19,260 nucleotides of DNA. Origin: Bacillota bacterium (GTDB taxonomy: Bacteria; Bacillota; GCA-003054495; Carboxydocellales; JAJZSN01). Position 1 is the stretch's first letter. The number at the start of each line of letters is the position of its first letter. Of this stretch, positions 16,368-19,260 are shown piece after piece. The notes under the pieces are model-generated. The model saw only the letters and a list, made by a program, of their open reading frames with translations, ran no database searches and was not told where the DNA came from. The translations under genes were made by a program, and so were the position numbers. The stretch lies in assembly GCA_021849745.1 (NCBI GenBank), contig JAJZSN010000063.1:1-19260 (forward strand), written 5' to 3'.

Positions 16368-18594
16368 TAAGGTTTTTCAAGGTAATAGTTATTTTAAACA
16401 AATCGCCATCTAACTCAATATCTAAACTGCCCCCGTGAAGGTCGACTATGGATTTGGCAATGGCCAAACCCAGTCCCGTCCCTTCCGCATGACGGGATTT
16501 ATCACCTCGTTTAAACCGCTCGAATAACTCTTCGCTATCTTGACCAAGCTCGTATTTTGTGACATTTTTGAAAGTAATCACAGCGCTGCCACGGACAGCT
16601 TGTACTGTAATATACACTCTGGTATTCTCCAAGGAATACTTTAGGATATTGCTGATTAAGTTATCAAATACCCGCCATAATTTCTGTCCATCAACATAGG
16701 CATAGACCGCTGTGTCCGGTTTTGTTACCCTAAATTGCAGAGTCGATACCTCGATGGTTTCATTATGTTCCCCAAGGGCCTGCTGCAAAAGCTGCACCAA
16801 ATCCACTTTTTCTTTAGCCAGCTCAATGTTGCCGCTGGCCATTTTTGATGCTTCGAACAAATCATCAATCAATACTTTCAGTCGTTTAGATTTCCGGTCG
16901 ATGATGTGGATATACGCTTCCCGGTCTTCAGCGGCCAAATCCGGTGTCTTCAACAACTCTGTATAAGTGATGATCGACGTTAACGGTGTTCGCAAATCAT
17001 GACTTACGTTAGTAATAAGCTCGGTTTTTAACCTTTCGCTCTTAGCCTGTTCCTTCTGAGAGGACTTAACCCCATGCTTTAAAATGTTTATATTCTCGGC
17101 TAGTTTAGCTAGTACCGTTTTCCCTACCACCGGTAAATCTTCTTCAAAGTTTCCCTGGGCTAACTTGCTAACATTTGTTAGGATGCGATTGAAATAGCCG
17201 GTACGCTTTAAGATTATTACAATAATGGGAATACCCATGGCCATAGTAAATGGGGCATAAAGAACGATTAACTGGGGATACATAAAAACCACCGTCATCC
17301 CAGCACCCATCGAAAATACCATCGCTAAGAGAATAAATATTTGGGTGCCAATACTGCGGATGAGAAAGGCTTCCTGTAAGGCTTCAAGGGCTCTGTAAAG
17401 GAGAGTTTTTGGCCACTCCGTCTTTAAGTTTGGCCAATCTTTTATTACTGCTAACAGATACTTTCCTTGTATCAATGTCAGGGCAACAAAAAGAACTGTG
17501 AAAAGGGTTGTGACACTTAGATCAATAATAAAATCATATAGGTTATACGGGTTAATGTTGAAGTAAAGGACATTATTGTTAATAAGGTTTAAAAACCTAT
17601 TGGCATAATATCCACTAATTAGAAACAGAATTATTCTCACATCAACGGGAATATGGTTGTAATATTGTTGCCATCTCTCTATTGCCAGGGTTTGTTTTAC
17701 AGCTGTTATCCGATACAGATAGACACTAAATAGGAGGGCAATTAGACCGCTAATTGAATAGACAAAAAAGAATGATTTCTTTTGTTGAAAGTCACGATAA
17801 TTTACTATGACTTCACTGGTTACCGGGGCAGATTTGGGTATAGCAATGTACCCCTCAAACACTCTTGCCGTATCAGGTATTAAGCCTCGGAACTCACCCA
17901 TGCCGAGAAAGCTATTGCGTCCCTGGATGGAAAGATAATCCCCCTCCGATTGATATCTTTGTGTAAACAGCAGTTCTTTGCCATTGAAACCCTTCTCTGG
18001 GTCGATACCCTGGGCCATATTTAAGTTGGTATAAACTGCACCCGTTGTAGTTTCTTTTAAATAGTACTTAAAAACCGATTTGTTTTTCTCCAAATCTGGT
18101 TGCAGACTTTTCAAGTTACGGTAATAGTTATTGATTTTCTCTTCTTTCTCTTTAATAACTTTTACCCGGACATATTCGTCACTCTCAAAGTTATTGGTAA
18201 TATCTTCAATTTTCTTATCTCTTTCGGCAATGAAAATGTCTGCAATTTTTTTATTGTTGTTAACCAAGGCATCCTGGATTCTACCCTCATATTGCCCTTT
18301 AATGTTAGTAATTTGCTGAGGCAAATCTCCGTACCGGTAGCGATGTTCATTAATATCGTCGGCCGTAACGGTAATTGCCTTTTTCGCTTCTTCTTGTGTC
18401 ACGTAATTGAGTTCCAACACGCTCAGGGAGTTAATAAATTGGTTGAATTGTTCTTGGAATTGGGGTATATGAAAATAGTCTTTTTTCATATACTCATGGC
18501 TGTGAGACAGCCCCAGAGTGATCCCGCTTAACCCGAAGGTAAACAATAAAAGCCAAACTATCGGGGCCAATTTATTTTTCCATTTTGTAGCCAA
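16360..18594 (-). CDS. sensor histidine kinase with a large N-terminal extracytoplasmic domain followed by a multi-helix membrane block; lower GC
   Basis: TTG start with AAAGGTGG ribosome-binding site. Helix 1 at about residues 10-28, then a roughly 240-aa extracellular domain, then four to six further helices (one 54-residue hydrophobic segment is counted as two helices). H-box NVSHDLRTPLTSI, HATPase_c (GTGLGLAIAKSIV). 744 aa, about 38% GC. Confidence 0.8.
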   Translation of the reverse strand: MATKWKNKLAPIVWLLLFTFGLSGITLGLSHSHEYMKKDYFHIPQFQEQFNQFINSLSVLELNYVTQEEAKKAITVTADDINEHRYRYGDLPQQITNIKGQYEGRIQDALVNNNKKIADIFIAERDKKIEDITNNFESDEYVRVKVIKEKEEKINNYYRNLKSLQPDLEKNKSVFKYYLKETTTGAVYTNLNMAQGIDPEKGFNGKELLFTQRYQSEGDYLSIQGRNSFLGMGEFRGLIPDTARVFEGYIAIPKSAPVTSEVIVNYRDFQQKKSFFFVYSISGLIALLFSVYLYRITAVKQTLAIERWQQYYNHIPVDVRIILFLISGYYANRFLNLINNNVLYFNINPYNLYDFIIDLSVTTLFTVLFVALTLIQGKYLLAVIKDWPNLKTEWPKTLLYRALEALQEAFLIRSIGTQIFILLAMVFSMGAGMTVVFMYPQLIVLYAPFTMAMGIPIIVIILKRTGYFNRILTNVSKLAQGNFEEDLPVVGKTVLAKLAENINILKHGVKSSQKEQAKSERLKTELITNVSHDLRTPLTSIITYTELLKTPDLAAEDREAYIHIIDRKSKRLKVLIDDLFEASKMASGNIELAKEKVDLVQLLQQALGEHNETIEVSTLQFRVTKPDTAVYAYVDGQKLWRVFDNLISNILKYSLENTRVYITVQAVRGSAVITFKNVTKYELGQDSEELFERFKRGDKSRHAEGTGLGLAIAKSIVDLHGGSLDIELDGDLFKITITLKNLIN

Positions 18595-19249
18595 TTCCCC
18601 ACACCACCTTTAAATATCTTGGGTTTTTTGGGTCAATCTCAATCTTTTCGCGGATTTTTCGAATGTGTACTGCTACGGTATTTTCCGCATTGTATCCCGG
18701 TTCGTTCCAGACTCGCTCATATATTTCATTAATGGAGAATACCCGGCCGGGGTTAGTCATAAGTAATTCTACGATTTTGTACTCGGTAGGTGTTAATTTG
18801 ACTACCTCACCGTGGACGGTGACTTCTTTGGCCGATTGGTCTAAGGTAAGGCCGTTGAGATCTATTATCTTCTTAATGCCTTCATATGTCCCCAAAGTGA
18901 CATATCTTCTTAACTGGGATTTGACCCGGGCCACCAGTTCAAGGGGGTTAAAGGGTTTGGTCACATAGTCGTCAGCGCCCACCTGTAGACCTAGTATTTT
19001 ATCCGTGTCCTCACTTTTGGCACTTAAAATAATAATGGGGATGTTTTGCTTCTCGCGGATTTTGAAGGTAGTTGTTATACCGTCCAGCCTTGGCATCATT
19101 ACGTCCAAAATAATGAGGTGGATGACGTGCTCATTCAATTTTTCAATGGCTTCAAGGCCGTCTTTTGCTTTAATTACCGTTATACCCTCATTTTTTAGGT
19201 ATATTTCAATGGCATCCCGGATTTCTTTTTCGTCATCAACTACTAAAAC
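18572..19249 (-). CDS. OmpR-family response regulator; 5' end unresolved because no canonical start codon lies in frame upstream of the receiver domain
   Basis: Receiver motifs VLVVDDE (19229-19249), ILDVMMP and VTKPF. The winged helix ends VVWGIGYKMEK. An in-frame TGA at 19250-19252 immediately precedes VLVVDDE. The 3' end overlaps the kinase start by 23 nt. Confidence 0.7.
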   Translation of the reverse strand, partial: VLVVDDEKEIRDAIEIYLKNEGITVIKAKDGLEAIEKLNEHVIHLIILDVMMPRLDGITTTFKIREKQNIPIIILSAKSEDTDKILGLQVGADDYVTKPFNPLELVARVKSQLRRYVTLGTYEGIKKIIDLNGLTLDQSAKEVTVHGEVVKLTPTEYKIVELLMTNPGRVFSINEIYERVWNEPGYNAENTVAVHIRKIREKIEIDPKNPRYLKVVWGIGYKMEK

Positions 19250-19260
19250 TCAGTAGTTAT

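Noticed and set aside
1-19260. CRISPR arrays, rRNA, intact tRNA, transposase or integrase genes
   Set aside because: There are no regularly spaced direct repeats. No ORF has DDE, tyrosine-recombinase or serine-recombinase motifs. The only repeats are the three dispersed MITE-like copies.

Overview
Firmicute-like chromosomal window, about 50% GC with AGGAGG-type ribosome-binding sites, holding roughly 16 genes on both strands. Left to right the genes are:
- a NirK-type two-domain copper oxidoreductase that lacks any signal peptide;
- a five-gene module resembling lantibiotic-immunity or peptide-detox systems (secreted protein, ABC-2 ATPase, ABC-2 permease, histidine kinase, OmpR-family regulator);
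- a short ketopantoate-reductase-family gene;
- a two-gene cassette on the minus strand (a MORN-variant repeat protein with a Cys-rich tail, then a soluble SPFH/band-7 protein at about 33% GC) next to a broken, apparently circularly permuted tRNA-Asn(GUU) remnant;
- a stand-alone cytoplasmic DmsA-type molybdopterin oxidoreductase;
- an MFS transporter;
- glnS;
- a frameshifted and internally deleted OFA-type MFS pseudogene;
- a lower-GC sensor kinase with one N-terminal helix, a large extracytoplasmic domain and four to six further helices, with its OmpR-family regulator running off the window edge.

The most distinctive non-coding signal is a family of three copies of a roughly 170-bp element. 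Each copy has long terminal inverted repeats (31 to 41 bp) followed by a T-run, and all three sit in intergenic regions (1301-1467 on the plus strand, 13171-13345 on the plus strand, 15203-15338 on the minus strand). The element looks like a MITE or a repeated terminator.

No CRISPR array, no rRNA and no intact tRNA gene were found. All function calls rest on motif-level reading of the translated ORFs and are unverified by any search.
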